DNA of 64,000 bases from an uncultured delta proteobacterium (GCA_963716725.1 CAVQUB010000005.1:1-64000); one strand, 5' to 3'. Numbered from the stretch's first letter, positions 1-10,128 are shown. The notes: generated by a model not told the origin, from the sequence alone. Numbers and translations are program-made.

Positions 1-1094
1 AGGCTGCGGACGAGGCGGAAGCCGATGCCGCCGCCGCGATCGGAGCGGCCACCGCTGAAGTGCGCCGCGGCCCTGCACCTCGACGGCGGAGTGATCGGCC
101 CTCCGCCCCGGATGACGACTGCTTCAATGGCTGCCAGGATCTTGAGTTCGCCCCAGGGGTCGACCAGCGGCCCCGAGCCGTAGCCCAACCCTTTCATGAG
201 GTCGTTTGTCCACTCGTGTGCGTTCCCGAGCGAGTCGTAGAGTCCCCACGCACTCCTAGCCTTCAGCCCTCCAGGGTGCGTGACGGTGCCGGAGTTAGCA
301 CAGTGCCAGGCCGCTCCCAGAAGGACCGGGTCGCTGTTGCACGCGAGCGTGTCTCCGGGGAAAACCGTGATCGGTCCCGTGTAGAACGCCGTCGTGGTCC
401 CTGCCCGCGCGGCGTACTCCCACTCGGCCTCGCCGGGGAGGCGGTAGCCCTCGCACTCGTAGTAGGTGGGCGCGGTGGTCCCGATGCTGGTGCAGGCCAT
501 CCCCTCGCCAAGCTGGCCGGTGCAGCCCTCGAGCACGTAGCAGGGCTTCAGGCCCTCCTTCTGCGAAAGCAGGTTGGCAAACCCCGCCGCCTCGAACCAC
601 GTCACGTTGCCGACGGGGCAGGCGGGCTCGAGGCAGTCGCCGGAGTTGCCGGGTTTGATCGGAGCGGTGCTGGGATTCTTCAGACCAAGGGCGACCCAGT
701 CGGCCTGAGAGGTCTCCTTCTGCTGGATCAGGAACGGGTGGGTGAGCGTGACCTTCACCTGGTTCTCGGTGTTGGCGCCGCGGCCCCACTCGTCTTTCGG
801 CGAGCCCATCACGAAGCAGCCGGCTGGGATCCGGCACCAGCCGGCCTTGCAGTCCTCGGTGACTGGCGCGTGCTGGCAGTCGAAGCTCGGGCCGGCGTCC
901 GCGTCTGTTGCGGCGTCGGTGCCAGCCTCGGTGGCTGCGCCCCCGGTGCCCCCCGAGCCCGAGCTTCCGCCCGAGCTCGAGGTGGCGCCGGTGCCTGGTT
1001 GGCCGCCTGCGGGTGCTGCGGAGCTGCCGCCGCCGTCGCTGCACGAGCAGCCGGCGAGGCACGAGGCGATCAACCAGGCGAGGGGGATGCGCAT
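1..1094 (-). CDS. FGE/SUMF1 (formylglycine-generating enzyme fold) domain lipoprotein, array copy 3; 3' end lies outside the window
   Basis: ATG at 1094 (MRIPLAWLIASCLAGC, lipobox LAGC). Motifs FVMGS, RLPGEAEWEYAARAG, WGLYDSLGNAHEW, GFRLVRS. Paralogue of 3409-4587. Confidence 0.85.
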   Translation of the reverse strand, partial: MRIPLAWLIASCLAGCSCSDGGGSSAAPAGGQPGTGATSSSGGSSGSGGTGGAATEAGTDAATDADAGPSFDCQHAPVTEDCKAGWCRIPAGCFVMGSPKDEWGRGANTENQVKVTLTHPFLIQQKETSQADWVALGLKNPSTAPIKPGNSGDCLEPACPVGNVTWFEAAGFANLLSQKEGLKPCYVLEGCTGQLGEGMACTSIGTTAPTYYECEGYRLPGEAEWEYAARAGTTTAFYTGPITVFPGDTLACNSDPVLLGAAWHCANSGTVTHPGGLKARSAWGLYDSLGNAHEWTNDLMKGLGYGSGPLVDPWGELKILAAIEAVVIRGGGPITPPSRCRAAAHFSGGRSDRGGGIGFRLVRS

Positions 1095-1100
1095 GGGAGC

Positions 1101-1387
1101 TCAGTGGTTGACGCCGAAGTTGTCGCCTGACGAGACGATCCGAGTGTACCTCGCGTCGCTCAGCCCGTAGTACGCCTTCGCTCCGTTATCGAGCGCCGAC
1201 CACGAGAGGTTCTCGCTTTCGCACTCGGGTGGCGAGCAGGCCGTCAAGTACACCTGCCACAGGTTGGCCAGCGTGGTGCGCTGCGCAGTTGGCGCGCTGT
1301 TGATGTCATAGAGGAAGTTCATCCAGTCGTACTCCACGCCGCGGTTTGCCGTGAGGCACTGGTTTTCTAGCCACTTCACTGGGGTCT
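1101..1387 (-). pseudogene. Orphan 3' fragment (~95 codons) of the HEXXH lipoprotein gene at 4594-6612
   Basis: Translates TPVKWLENQCLTANRGVEYDWMNFLYDINSAP...FGVNH*, near-identical to the C-terminus of 4594-6612; no start codon of its own. Confidence 0.9.
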
Positions 1388-1620
1388 TTGGTTGCCCCCG
1401 CCTCGCAGGTGCTCGGCGCGTCGCGGGGCGCGCGGAGGGGCTCGGTGCGCGCGCTGGCGCCTGCGCGCCTGCGGTCCCCCGCCAAGGCCGTGCTCGGGCG
1501 CGCCGTCGAAGGGCGCGATGAGCGGCTGGCGCGCTCTGCGCGCGGCCGGGGGGGACTCTGTCGCTGGTGGCGCGACAGCTTGCCGGTGGCGGGAGCGTGC
1601 GCTGGGGCGATGGGCATCGG
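1388..1620. repeat. Structured intergenic element E1, copy b
   Basis: Near-identical to 3176-3408. Starts TTGGTTGCCCCC, has hairpin CGCC-TCGC-AGGT-GCTC-GGCG and a GTCCCCC...GGGGGAC stem. Confidence 0.8.
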
Positions 1621-2785
1621 TCAGTCGGTGGACGCGTCGGGTGGGGACGCGTCGGGGGTAGAAGCGTCGGGGGTGGTGAGCAGGCTGCGGACGAGGCGGA
1701 AGCCGCCGCCGGGGGCGTGTGAGGGCCTCGAGACCGCGAAGTGAGCGGCCGCGCGACAGCGCGACGAGAATGTGATCGGGCCACACCCACGAAGCACGAC
1801 GGCCTCGATCGTGTCCTTGATTCTCGATCTTGCCCCATGGGTCCACGAGCGGCTCAGTGCCGTAGCCGAGGCCCTTCATCGGGTCGTTGGTCCACTCGTA
1901 GATGTTGCCCAGGGTGTCGAAGAGGCCCCAGGGGTTCTTCTTCTTCAGGCCCCCCGGGTGCGTCAGGCCGCCGGTCAGGCCGCCCGAGTTGAAGCAGTAC
2001 CACTCGGCACTCGCGAGGTTGGGGTCTTCCGCGCACTCGCCGAGGTCGCTGAGCGTCTTGATCGGACCCGTGTAGAAGGCCGTCGTGGTCCCGGCACGGA
2101 CCGCGTACTCCCACTCGGCCTCGCCGGGGAGGCGGTAGCCCTCGCACTCGTAGTAGGTGGGCGCGGTGGTGCCGATCTTGGTGCAGGCCATGCCCTCGCC
2201 GAGCTGTCCGGTGCAACCCTCAAGCACGTAGCAGGGCTTCAGGCCTTCCTTCTGCGAGAGCAGGTTGGCAAACCCCGCCGCCTCGAACCATGTCACGTTG
2301 CCGACGGGGCAAGCGGGCTCGAGGCAGTCGCCCGCATGGGTCGGCTTTGGCGGAGGACCGCTCGGATTCTTCAGGCCGAGGGCGACCCAGTCGGCCTGAG
2401 AGGTCTCCTTCTGCTGGATCAGGAACGGGTGGGTGAGCGTGACCTTCACCTGATTCTCGGTGTTGGCGCCGCGGCCCCACTCGTCTTTCGGCGAGCCCAT
2501 CACGAAGCAGCCGGCTGGGATGCGGCACCAGCCGGACTTGCAGTCCTCGGTGACCGGCGCGTGCTCGCAGTCGAAGCTCGGGCCGGAATCGGCGTCCGCT
2601 GCTGCGTCGGTGCCGCTGTCCGCTGCCGACCCCCCCGCGCCGCCCGAGGCCGAGCTTCCGCCCGAGCTCGAGGTGGCGCCGGTGCCTGGTTGACCGCCCG
2701 CGGGCGGTGCGGAGCTGCCGCCGCCGTCGCTGCACGAGCAGCCGGCGAGGCACGAGGCGATCAACCAGGCGAGGGTGCTGCGCAT
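1621..2785 (-). pseudogene. FGE/SUMF1-domain lipoprotein, array copy 2, with a +1 frameshift near 1815-1830
   Basis: Same N-terminus as the other copies. The conserved end (IEAVVLRG...GFRLVRSLLTTPDAS...STD*) is in another frame ending at 1621; total length 1165 nt = 3n+1. Could be a sequencing error. Confidence 0.8.
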
Positions 2786-2793
2786 GGGGGGCT

Positions 2794-3175
2794 TCAGTGG
2801 TTGACGCCGAAGTTGTCGCCGCTCGCGACGAGCTTCAGGTAGCGTGGCTCAAACTGCCCGTAGTACGCCTTCGCCCCGTTATCGAGCGCCGACCACGAGA
2901 GGTTCTCGCTTTCGCACTCGGGTGGCGAGCAGGCCGTCAAGTACACCTGCCACAGGTTGGCCAGCGTGGTGCGCTGCGCAGTTGGCGCGCTGTTGATGTC
3001 ATAGAGGAAGTTCATCCAGTCGTACTCCACGCCGCGGTTCGCCGTGAGGCACTGGTTTTCTAGCCACTTCACTGGGGTCTTGCAGTTCACGGCGACCGGG
3101 GGTTGCTGCACGGCGTACGAGCTGTCCATGAACTCCTTGTAGTACCCGAAGGCGCAGTCGGACTGCTCTTGATGC
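2794..3175 (-). pseudogene. Longer orphan 3' fragment (~127 codons) of the HEXXH lipoprotein gene
   Basis: HQEQSDCAFGYYKEFMDSSY...FGVNH* matches the C-terminus of 4594-6612. Confidence 0.9.
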
Positions 3176-3408
3176 TTGGTTGCCCCCGCCTCGCAGGTGC
3201 TCGGCGCCGCGCGGTGCGCGCGGAAAGGCTCGGTGCACGCGCTGGCGCCTGCGCGCCTGCGGTCCCCCGCCAAGGCCGTGCTCGGGCGCGCCGTCGATGG
3301 GCCCGATGAGCGGCTCGCGCGCCCTGCGCGCGGCCGGGGGGGACTCTGGCGTTGGTGGCGCGAGACCTTGGCGGCGGCGGGGGCGTGCGCTGATGCAACG
3401 AGCATCGG
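3176..3408. repeat. Structured intergenic element E1, copy a
   Basis: Direct repeat of 1388-1620, abutting the truncation point of the gene fragment. Confidence 0.8.
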
Positions 3409-4587
3409 TCAGTCGGTGGACGCGTCGGGTGGCGCGGCGTCGGGGGACGCGTCGGGTGGGGACGCGTCGGGCGTCGAGGCGTCGGGCGTGGTGAGCAGGC
3501 TGCGGACGAGGCGGAAGCCGATGCCGCCGCCGCGATCGGAGCGGCCGCCGCTGAAGTGGCCAGCCGAGCGACACCGGGCACCACGGGAAATCGGTCCGCC
3601 GCCACGAAGAACGACTGCTTCGATGGGAGCCAGGATTTGCTGCTGACCCCACGGATCGACCAGAGGCGCTGTGCCGTAACCCAGTCCCTTCATCACGTCG
3701 TTGGTCCACTCGTGCGCGTTCCCGAGCACGTCGTGAAGGCCCCAAGCATTCTTCGTCTTCTCTCCCCCGGGGTGCGTGAGCGTACCGGAGTTCGCGCAGT
3801 ACCAAGCGGCCTTCACGAGGTTGGGATCGAGCTCGCAGTCCGAGGTCTGCGCCAGCTTGGTGATCGGACCCGTGTAGAAGGCCGTCGTGGTCCCTGCCCG
3901 CGCGGCGTATTCCCACTCGGCCTCGCCGGGCAGGCGGTACCCCTCGCACTCGTAGTAGGTGGGCGCGGTGGTGCCGATCTGGGTGCAGGCCATGCCCTCG
4001 CCGAGCTGTCCGGTGCAGCCCTCGAGCACGTAGCAGGGCTTCAGGCCCTCCTTCTGCGAGAGCAGGTTGGCAAACCCCGCCGCCTCGAACCACGTCACGT
4101 TGCCGACGGGGCAAGCGGGCTCGAGGCAGTCGCCGGAGTTGCCGGGTTTGATCGGAGCGGTGCTGGGATTCTTCAGGCCGAGGGCGACCCAGTCGGCCTG
4201 AGAGGTCTCCCTCTGCTGGATCAGGAACGGGTGGGTGAGCGCGACCTTCACCTGGTTCTCGTCGTTGGCGCCGCGGCCCCACTCGTCTTTCGGCGAGCCC
4301 ATCACGAAACAGCCGCCCGGGATGCGGCACCAGCCGGCCTTGCAGTCTTCGACCACCGGCGCGTGCTGACAGTCGAAGGTCGGGCCGGCGTCCGCGTCTG
4401 TTGCGGCGTCTGTGCCAGCCTCGGTGGCTGCGCCCCCGGTGCCCCCCGAGCCCGAGCTTCCGCCCGAGCTCGAGGTGGCGCCGGTGCCCGGTTGACCGCC
4501 TGAGGGCGCTGCAGAGCTGCCGCCGCCGTCGCTGCACGAGCAGCCGGCGAGGCACGAGGCGATCAACCAGGCGAGGGAGCTGCGCAT
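3409..4587 (-). CDS. FGE/SUMF1-domain lipoprotein, array copy 1
   Basis: 392 aa. Lipobox LAGC, Gly/Ser linker, FVMGS, PVGNVTWFEA, RLPGEAEWEYAARAG, WGLHDVLGNAHEW, RGG, GFRLVR, then a PDAS-repeat tail. Confidence 0.9.
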   Translation of the reverse strand: MRSSLAWLIASCLAGCSCSDGGGSSAAPSGGQPGTGATSSSGGSSGSGGTGGAATEAGTDAATDADAGPTFDCQHAPVVEDCKAGWCRIPGGCFVMGSPKDEWGRGANDENQVKVALTHPFLIQQRETSQADWVALGLKNPSTAPIKPGNSGDCLEPACPVGNVTWFEAAGFANLLSQKEGLKPCYVLEGCTGQLGEGMACTQIGTTAPTYYECEGYRLPGEAEWEYAARAGTTTAFYTGPITKLAQTSDCELDPNLVKAAWYCANSGTLTHPGGEKTKNAWGLHDVLGNAHEWTNDVMKGLGYGTAPLVDPWGQQQILAPIEAVVLRGGGPISRGARCRSAGHFSGGRSDRGGGIGFRLVRSLLTTPDASTPDASPPDASPDAAPPDASTD

Positions 4588-4593
4588 CGGGCC

Positions 4594-6612
4594 TCAGTGG
4601 TTGACGCCGAAGTCGCTGCCGGATTGGTGCAAGTGAGTGTAGCGAGCATCGGTGATGCCGTAGTACGCCTTCGCGCCATTATCGAGCGCCGACCACGAGA
4701 GGTTCTCGCTTTCGCACTCGGGTGGGGAGCAGGCCGTCAAGTACACCTGCCACAGGTTGCTCAGGCTGGTGCGCTGGGCTGTCGGTGCCGAGTTGATGTC
4801 ATACAAGAAGTTCATCCAGTCGTACTCCACGCCGCGGTTTGCGGTGAGGCACTGGTTCTCGAGCCACTTCACTGGGGTCTTGCAGTTCACGGCGACCGGG
4901 GGTTGCTGCACCACGTAAGAGCTGTCCATGAACTCCTTGTAGTATCCGAAGGCGCAGTCGGACTGCTCCTGATGATTGAAGATCCGGCTTGCGTACAGGT
5001 GCGCGAAACCCTCCGACGCACCCGCGCCGATGACCTCTTGCGATTGCAAGCAATGGTACTGGTTGGAAGAAGCCACGTGGTCGCAGCGGCAGAGCGACTG
5101 CGATGTCGGGTTGTCGTAGTCGGTCGTCAGGTTGCCCATGCCGAAGCCCTGCACCGTATGCCCGAACTCGTGGCCCACCACGAACTTGCTCCACGCGTCC
5201 GAGGGGTCCAAGGTGTTCTTTCGCCCGATGCAGATCGTGCTCTCTTTCAGCGCATGACTGGTCGACGCCCACGAGATGGGCGGCTCGCCGCCGCCCGACG
5301 AGCAATCGATGTTGTTCGAGCTCGGATCGCGCGTCGTCACTCGGATGTGCCCCTGGCTCAGCCCGTGATCGGGCATGTCGAACATTCTACCCCCGACCAC
5401 CAGGATGTTCGAGGCCACCGTGGTCAAGTAGACGCCGACCTGCACCGTGCTGGGCGCCGGGCCCGGGTGGACGTCGAAGAGCGTGCGGGCGTAGCCCACC
5501 ACCGGCGTGTTGGGCGGAGCGCCGCCATAGTCGAAGCTCTGCTCCGTCTCGACATCCATGGTCACCGCCCCGCTGTTGGTCTGAGTGCGCAGCTTGGACG
5601 CAAGAGTCAACCCGTAGGTGCCCGCCGGCAAATCCATGGTGGGCGTGCAGCCCGACGACCCAAGCCAGCCTGCCCACACCGCTTGACCGGTGTCGTAGTT
5701 CTCGAGCAGCGCTGCGGTGTACCGCGCCGGCTCCGCGTTGAAGCCGTTCATCCAGAAGTAGTCCTCGCCCACGCTGGCGTCGTAGAACTTCCACGTGTGG
5801 GACGCGCACACCTTCGTTGGGCCCGGTGGGCCGTCGAGGGGGGTGCCGGGCGCCGGCACACTGGCGGGCCACGCCTCCCAGAAGTCGACAGAGCCCCGGA
5901 TCTGGTAGCCCGCGCCGCCCACCGGCGGAAGCGAGGCGACGGGCACGAAGCTGCTGCCGTTCCAGACGTCACCTTGTGGCGTGAGCAGCGTCGCGTCCAG
6001 CGCCGCGAGCTGCATCCGCTCCTGGCGCGGGTCCCGCGGGTTCGACAGAGCGAAGCGCCGGGCGGTGGAGCCCCAGAGCGTGATCGTCGAGAGCCCCGGC
6101 TCGAACTCGTACGCCAGGCGCGACGTGGTGAGCTGGCGCTGAGCGCGCCCCTTGTAGAGCTGCAGGCTGGCGTGGACGCTGCTCACCGAGCCCACGGAGC
6201 GGATCGGGAGCCACGACAGGTCGATGGGCACCGTGAACGACGCGCGCGCGGGGACCACCAGGCTGCCCAGGAAGATGGACGCCTTTCGGGTTTCGAGGCC
6301 GAAGCTCTCGAGGGTGACCCCGACCGTGACGTCTTCGCCAGCGTTGTTGCTCATCACCAGACCGAAGCTCGCCGGCAGTGCCAGGCGTGAGTGGACGTCG
6401 AGGTCCACCCAGTCCGCCGAGACCCACGGCGCGCTGGCGCCGCCCTCGGGGATGTACACGCCGTTGACTCGCTGGCTGTTGGTCGAGACGGGTGCCTCTT
6501 CGTGACGGCCACAGCCTTCCAGGGCACCCAGCGCCGCCAGCGAGCAGAGCCACACCGCGATTCGTCCGCGGCGGCGGCGTTCGATTTTCTTCCGTGCAAG
6601 GTTCGTCTCCAT
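4594..6612 (-). CDS. Secreted lipoprotein, putative zinc metalloprotease
   Basis: 672 aa. Lipobox LEGC, VVGHEFGH (HEXXH) with downstream SEGFA glutamate (gluzincin-like), many Cys. Confidence 0.7.
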   Translation of the reverse strand: METNLARKKIERRRRGRIAVWLCSLAALGALEGCGRHEEAPVSTNSQRVNGVYIPEGGASAPWVSADWVDLDVHSRLALPASFGLVMSNNAGEDVTVGVTLESFGLETRKASIFLGSLVVPARASFTVPIDLSWLPIRSVGSVSSVHASLQLYKGRAQRQLTTSRLAYEFEPGLSTITLWGSTARRFALSNPRDPRQERMQLAALDATLLTPQGDVWNGSSFVPVASLPPVGGAGYQIRGSVDFWEAWPASVPAPGTPLDGPPGPTKVCASHTWKFYDASVGEDYFWMNGFNAEPARYTAALLENYDTGQAVWAGWLGSSGCTPTMDLPAGTYGLTLASKLRTQTNSGAVTMDVETEQSFDYGGAPPNTPVVGYARTLFDVHPGPAPSTVQVGVYLTTVASNILVVGGRMFDMPDHGLSQGHIRVTTRDPSSNNIDCSSGGGEPPISWASTSHALKESTICIGRKNTLDPSDAWSKFVVGHEFGHTVQGFGMGNLTTDYDNPTSQSLCRCDHVASSNQYHCLQSQEVIGAGASEGFAHLYASRIFNHQEQSDCAFGYYKEFMDSSYVVQQPPVAVNCKTPVKWLENQCLTANRGVEYDWMNFLYDINSAPTAQRTSLSNLWQVYLTACSPPECESENLSWSALDNGAKAYYGITDARYTHLHQSGSDFGVNH

Positions 6613-6694
6613 GCGTTGCCTCCGAGCGCACGTTGCGCGATCGGCGACGCTTCACGCAAGCAACTCTGCGATGGCATCCGCGTGGCGAGCGTCG

Positions 6695-6803
6695 AAATGA
6701 AACGCGCGTTTCATTTTGGGAGACACGCGGCACGCAGCTTCGCGCGCTTGCACCACTCCGCTCGCAACGCGCGTTGCATCGGTCGCATGACACGTGTCAT
6801 GCG
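6695..6803. promoter_or_regulatory. Cluster of three perfect palindromes in a divergent promoter region
   Basis: AAATGAAACGCGCGTTTCATTT (6695-6716), GCAACGCGCGTTGC (6764-6777), CGCATGACACGTGTCATGCG (6784-6803). Confidence 0.55.
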
Positions 6804-6864
6804 CCTCGGTATGCTCCGGCCCGTGAAGCAATCGCAGTTCGGGTCGGGAGCGCGCGTGCTTCGC

Positions 6865-7584
6865 ATGCCGCTCGTCGTGGTCGAGGCGCGCGATGTCGAG
6901 GCGCTCGCACTCGAGCAGATCCACGCGGCAGACGGTCGCGCGCTGGGCAAGCCCTTGATCTGGTTTCAGCCCGCCGGGCAGAGCGCCAGCGACAGCGCCG
7001 AGGCGGTGCTGCTCGCCGACGGAAGCGACGGGCGCTGGGGCGCAGTGCGGGCCGCGGAGCTCGCGCAGAGCGGGTTTTTCGGCCTGATCGTCGTGGCTGC
7101 CCACGCCGCGGCCAAGAGCGTGGTGGTGGATGGATTTTGCGGGGGCGCTCACTTGTGGTTGTCGCTGCCCCTCGATCCGCAGGTCTTTCCGGTCCAGGCA
7201 GCGAGCCTGATCCGCCGCCTGAGCGGTGCTTCCGCGTCCGAAGAGATCGAGGTGCAGCTCGACCCAGAGCCGCGCGTGGTGCGGTTCGGCGATCGACCCG
7301 TGAAGCTGACGCCACAGGGCTACGCGCTTCTGCTCTTGTTGCTCCAGCGCCGCGGCGCGTGGGTCACGGCAGAGGTCATCGCCAGGGAGCTGTCCCCCGC
7401 CGAGGCTCCTGCCGAAGCAGAGCGCGTCCGCCTGTGGGTGCTGCGCCTGCGCGCGGCGCTGGGCGAGCTGGCGTGGATCCTCGAGAGCCGCGAGGGCTGG
7501 GGCTTCCGGGTGAACCTCCGCAAGGACTCTACCGCGGCTCGACGCCTGCGCCCCCACGGCCGCTACCGGCACCGCCCACAGTGA
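6865..7584 (+). CDS. OmpR/PhoB-type winged-helix regulator with a degenerate receiver domain
   Basis: C-terminal VKLTPQGYALLLLL...V.LWVLRLRAALG...ILESREGWGFR; start codon uncertain. Confidence 0.7.
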   Translation: MPLVVVEARDVEALALEQIHAADGRALGKPLIWFQPAGQSASDSAEAVLLADGSDGRWGAVRAAELAQSGFFGLIVVAAHAAAKSVVVDGFCGGAHLWLSLPLDPQVFPVQAASLIRRLSGASASEEIEVQLDPEPRVVRFGDRPVKLTPQGYALLLLLLQRRGAWVTAEVIARELSPAEAPAEAERVRLWVLRLRAALGELAWILESREGWGFRVNLRKDSTAARRLRPHGRYRHRPQ

Positions 7585-7613
7585 TTCGACCTGCGACGGC
7601 GGAGCAACGCGTC

Positions 7614-9047
7614 TCAGTCTTCGCGCGGCGCGCCCTCGCCGCTCAGCAAGAGCCTGAAGACCCGCTCCGCGGACGACCGGTCGAACACCTGCTGCCCCCG
7701 GGGCTCTGCCCAGATCGTGAGCACGCGACGCCCGCGCTGGTCTGCGACCACGCGCTCGTCGGTGGCGTTGCGCTTGTGCGCGGCGCGAGCTGCGTCAACG
7801 GTGGGGAGCCACTCGATGCGCAGCGCGCCGAGCATGTCCGGGTGCACGAAGCTCACGTCCACCACGCCCGGACCAGCCGCGCGCTCTCGAAGGATCCGGA
7901 GCCCCGCGCTCGGCATCCGCAGGCGCACCCACGCCGGCGACCAGGTTGGATCCTGCGCGGCGAGCCCGGACCGCGCGGGAGCCCGAGCGGGGCGCGGCAG
8001 GACCAGAAATGCCGTGGCGAAAACCCCTGCGACGAGCAGCAGCGGCAGCGTGGCCAAGGCCGCCCAGAGCGCCGGCGCGCGGCGCCCACCGGCGCTCGGG
8101 CGCGCCATCACGCTCGTGACCGGCGCGAGCGACGGTGCGCCCGCGCGATCGGACGGGCAGGGCTCCCGCGACGGGCGCTGCTCGGTCACCTCCCAGGCGC
8201 CGGCGGGAGCAGGCGCCACGGCGGCGACGCGCTCGAGATTGGCGAGCATCTCCTCCGCGCTCTGGTAGCGCGCGCTCGCATCCTTCTCGATGGCCCGGCG
8301 CACCACGGGGTAGAGCGGGCTCTGCACCACCGCGTCGGGGAGCGCGTGGGGCTCGTCCGAGCAATGGGCGGTGAGCTGCTCCGTCGTGCTGCCCCCGATC
8401 AGCGGCGCACCGGCGAGCGCCGTCGCCATCACCATGCCGAGCGCGTAGAGATCGGTGGGCGGGCCCAGCCGACCGCCGAGGATCTGCTCGCGCGGCATGA
8501 ACCCGGGCGTGCCGACCAGCCAGCCGTGGGCAGTCAGGCTGCGCTCGGGCTGTTTGGCGATGCCGAAGTCCAAGAGCTTCACGACATCGTCCTCGCCCGC
8601 ATAGCGGCACAAGAAGACGTTCTGTGGTTTGACATCCCGATGCACGATGCCCAGAGCGTGGGCCTCCGAGAGCGCGTTGAGCAGGCAGCGCGCGACTCGC
8701 CGCGTCTCGTCGCCGGGCAGGTGCCCCACGCGGTGCACGCGCCGCCCCAAAGACTCGCCATCGAGCCACTCGAAGGCGATGAAGAGGTACCCCTGCGCCG
8801 CGACCCCCCAGTCGTAGACTCGCACCGTGTTGGGGTGCACCAGCCGCGACGACAGCTCGGCCTCGCGCCAGAAACGCGGGACGGTGTCGTCGCCGCCCTG
8901 CGTCACCTTCAGGGCGACCGGCCGATCGAGCTTCAGATCCCGGGCGCGGAACACCGAACCCTGCTCGCCACGCGAGATCAGCGCCTCGATCTGGTAGCGA
9001 TCGAACGCTGGGCCGAGCTTGTGCGGTGCGAATTCTCGGGGGGTCAT
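7614..9047 (-). CDS. Hanks-type Ser/Thr protein kinase with a transmembrane segment
   Basis: VALK, HRDVKPQN, DFG, GTPGFM and DLYALG motifs; hydrophobic helix in the C-terminal half. Confidence 0.9.
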   Translation of the reverse strand: MTPREFAPHKLGPAFDRYQIEALISRGEQGSVFRARDLKLDRPVALKVTQGGDDTVPRFWREAELSSRLVHPNTVRVYDWGVAAQGYLFIAFEWLDGESLGRRVHRVGHLPGDETRRVARCLLNALSEAHALGIVHRDVKPQNVFLCRYAGEDDVVKLLDFGIAKQPERSLTAHGWLVGTPGFMPREQILGGRLGPPTDLYALGMVMATALAGAPLIGGSTTEQLTAHCSDEPHALPDAVVQSPLYPVVRRAIEKDASARYQSAEEMLANLERVAAVAPAPAGAWEVTEQRPSREPCPSDRAGAPSLAPVTSVMARPSAGGRRAPALWAALATLPLLLVAGVFATAFLVLPRPARAPARSGLAAQDPTWSPAWVRLRMPSAGLRILRERAAGPGVVDVSFVHPDMLGALRIEWLPTVDAARAAHKRNATDERVVADQRGRRVLTIWAEPRGQQVFDRSSAERVFRLLLSGEGAPRED

Positions 9048-9203
9048 CCACGCCGGCGGCCGGTGCCGGCCTCCGTCGTACGCCGTGCCCCGGGGCGATG
9101 CCCCCCGGCTACGGCGGGCGCACCTGCCGCCGCGCGCGTGTGGCCCCCCCCGATGGAACCGAACAGCTTGTCCGACTCGCTCCGCCGCGCGATCATCCTT
9201 CGA

Positions 9204-9845
9204 ATGCGATCATGGCCAGCACGAGCCGGGCTTCTGGCACTTTCAGTGGTGTGCTGGTCCAACGTCGCGCTCTCCGACGGCGGGCCGAAGATCACCGACT
9301 CGCTGTGGATGCCCGTGGGCGTGAACCTCGGCTGGGCGGTCAACCCGAGCCCGGTGCCGAACGGCTTCTTGATCGGACCCGAGGTCAGCCTGGTCTACCT
9401 CGACCAAAAAGGGTGGTGGGCCGGCGCCTACACCGACGCGCTCTACGACGGCGGCAGCGAGCGCGCGCGGATCAGCGTGGGGGGTGAGGTGGGCTACGCC
9501 ATCCTCGGGCTCGATCTGGGCTACGTCACCACCCTGCGTGGCGAGCGCGAGCAGGGCTTCCGCGGACGCGCGATGTTCTCGCTGGCCGCGGTCCACCTGT
9601 ACGGCGGAGCCGGTCGCCTCTCGGACACGACCTATGGCGAGCTGGGAGTTCTGCTCAAGTTCCCGATCGAGCTGTGGGCCGAGCCCCAGCGCCGGCCCTG
9701 GATGGACCGCCCGTCACCCGAACCGCCGCCGCCGGAGGCGCCGCCCCCGGCGGAGGGGCCGCCCCCGGCAGAGGGGCCGCCTCCGTTTTCGGCGCCGCTC
9801 TTGCCCGAGCAAAAGCCCAACGAACCGGAGCCCGCTCGACGCTGA
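9204..9845 (+). CDS. Secreted hypothetical protein, beta-strand rich, with a Pro-rich tail
   Basis: Signal-peptide-like N-terminus MRSWPARAGLLALSVVCW; GC3-rich codons. Confidence 0.65.
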   Translation: MRSWPARAGLLALSVVCWSNVALSDGGPKITDSLWMPVGVNLGWAVNPSPVPNGFLIGPEVSLVYLDQKGWWAGAYTDALYDGGSERARISVGGEVGYAILGLDLGYVTTLRGEREQGFRGRAMFSLAAVHLYGGAGRLSDTTYGELGVLLKFPIELWAEPQRRPWMDRPSPEPPPPEAPPPAEGPPPAEGPPPFSAPLLPEQKPNEPEPARR

Positions 9846-9873
9846 GTGAGCGTTGGACGATGGTCGGGGGGCC

Positions 9874-10128
9874 ATGTCGTCTCGGACGCAGTCCCACGCC
9901 AAAGAGCTCGAGCGCACCTACGGCGACGGCGAGTGCATCGTCGAAGAGGGGGACCACTCCCGGGACATGTTCGTGATCCAGACCGGACGGGTGCGCATCA
10001 GCAAGAAGGTCGGCGAGCGCCAGGTGGAGCTGGCGACCCTGGAGCGCGGCGACTTCTTCGGGGAGATGTCGCTGCTCGAATCACTGCCGCGCGACGCGAC
10101 GGCGCGCGCCGTGGGTGCCACGGAGCTG
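9874..10128 (+). pseudogene. Truncated cyclic-nucleotide-binding (Crp-like) domain gene, fused in frame to a transposase fragment
   Basis: EEGD...MFVIQTGRVRI...GDFFGEMSLL...PRDATARA cNMP motifs. Confidence 0.8.

Noticed and set aside
1..4587. Diversity-generating retroelement targeting the FGE genes
   Set aside because: The fold and the GFR ending fit DGR targets, but there is no reverse transcriptase or template repeat in the window, and differences between copies involve all bases, synonymous sites and indels rather than adenine positions only. A remote DGR cannot be excluded.
6492..9845. 1117-aa ORF and other long antisense or alternate-frame ORFs (e.g. 4597-6390, 46236-47984, 54581-56101)
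   Set aside because: Shadow ORFs typical of high-GC DNA overlapping well-supported genes; only 9204-9845 of the first looks real.
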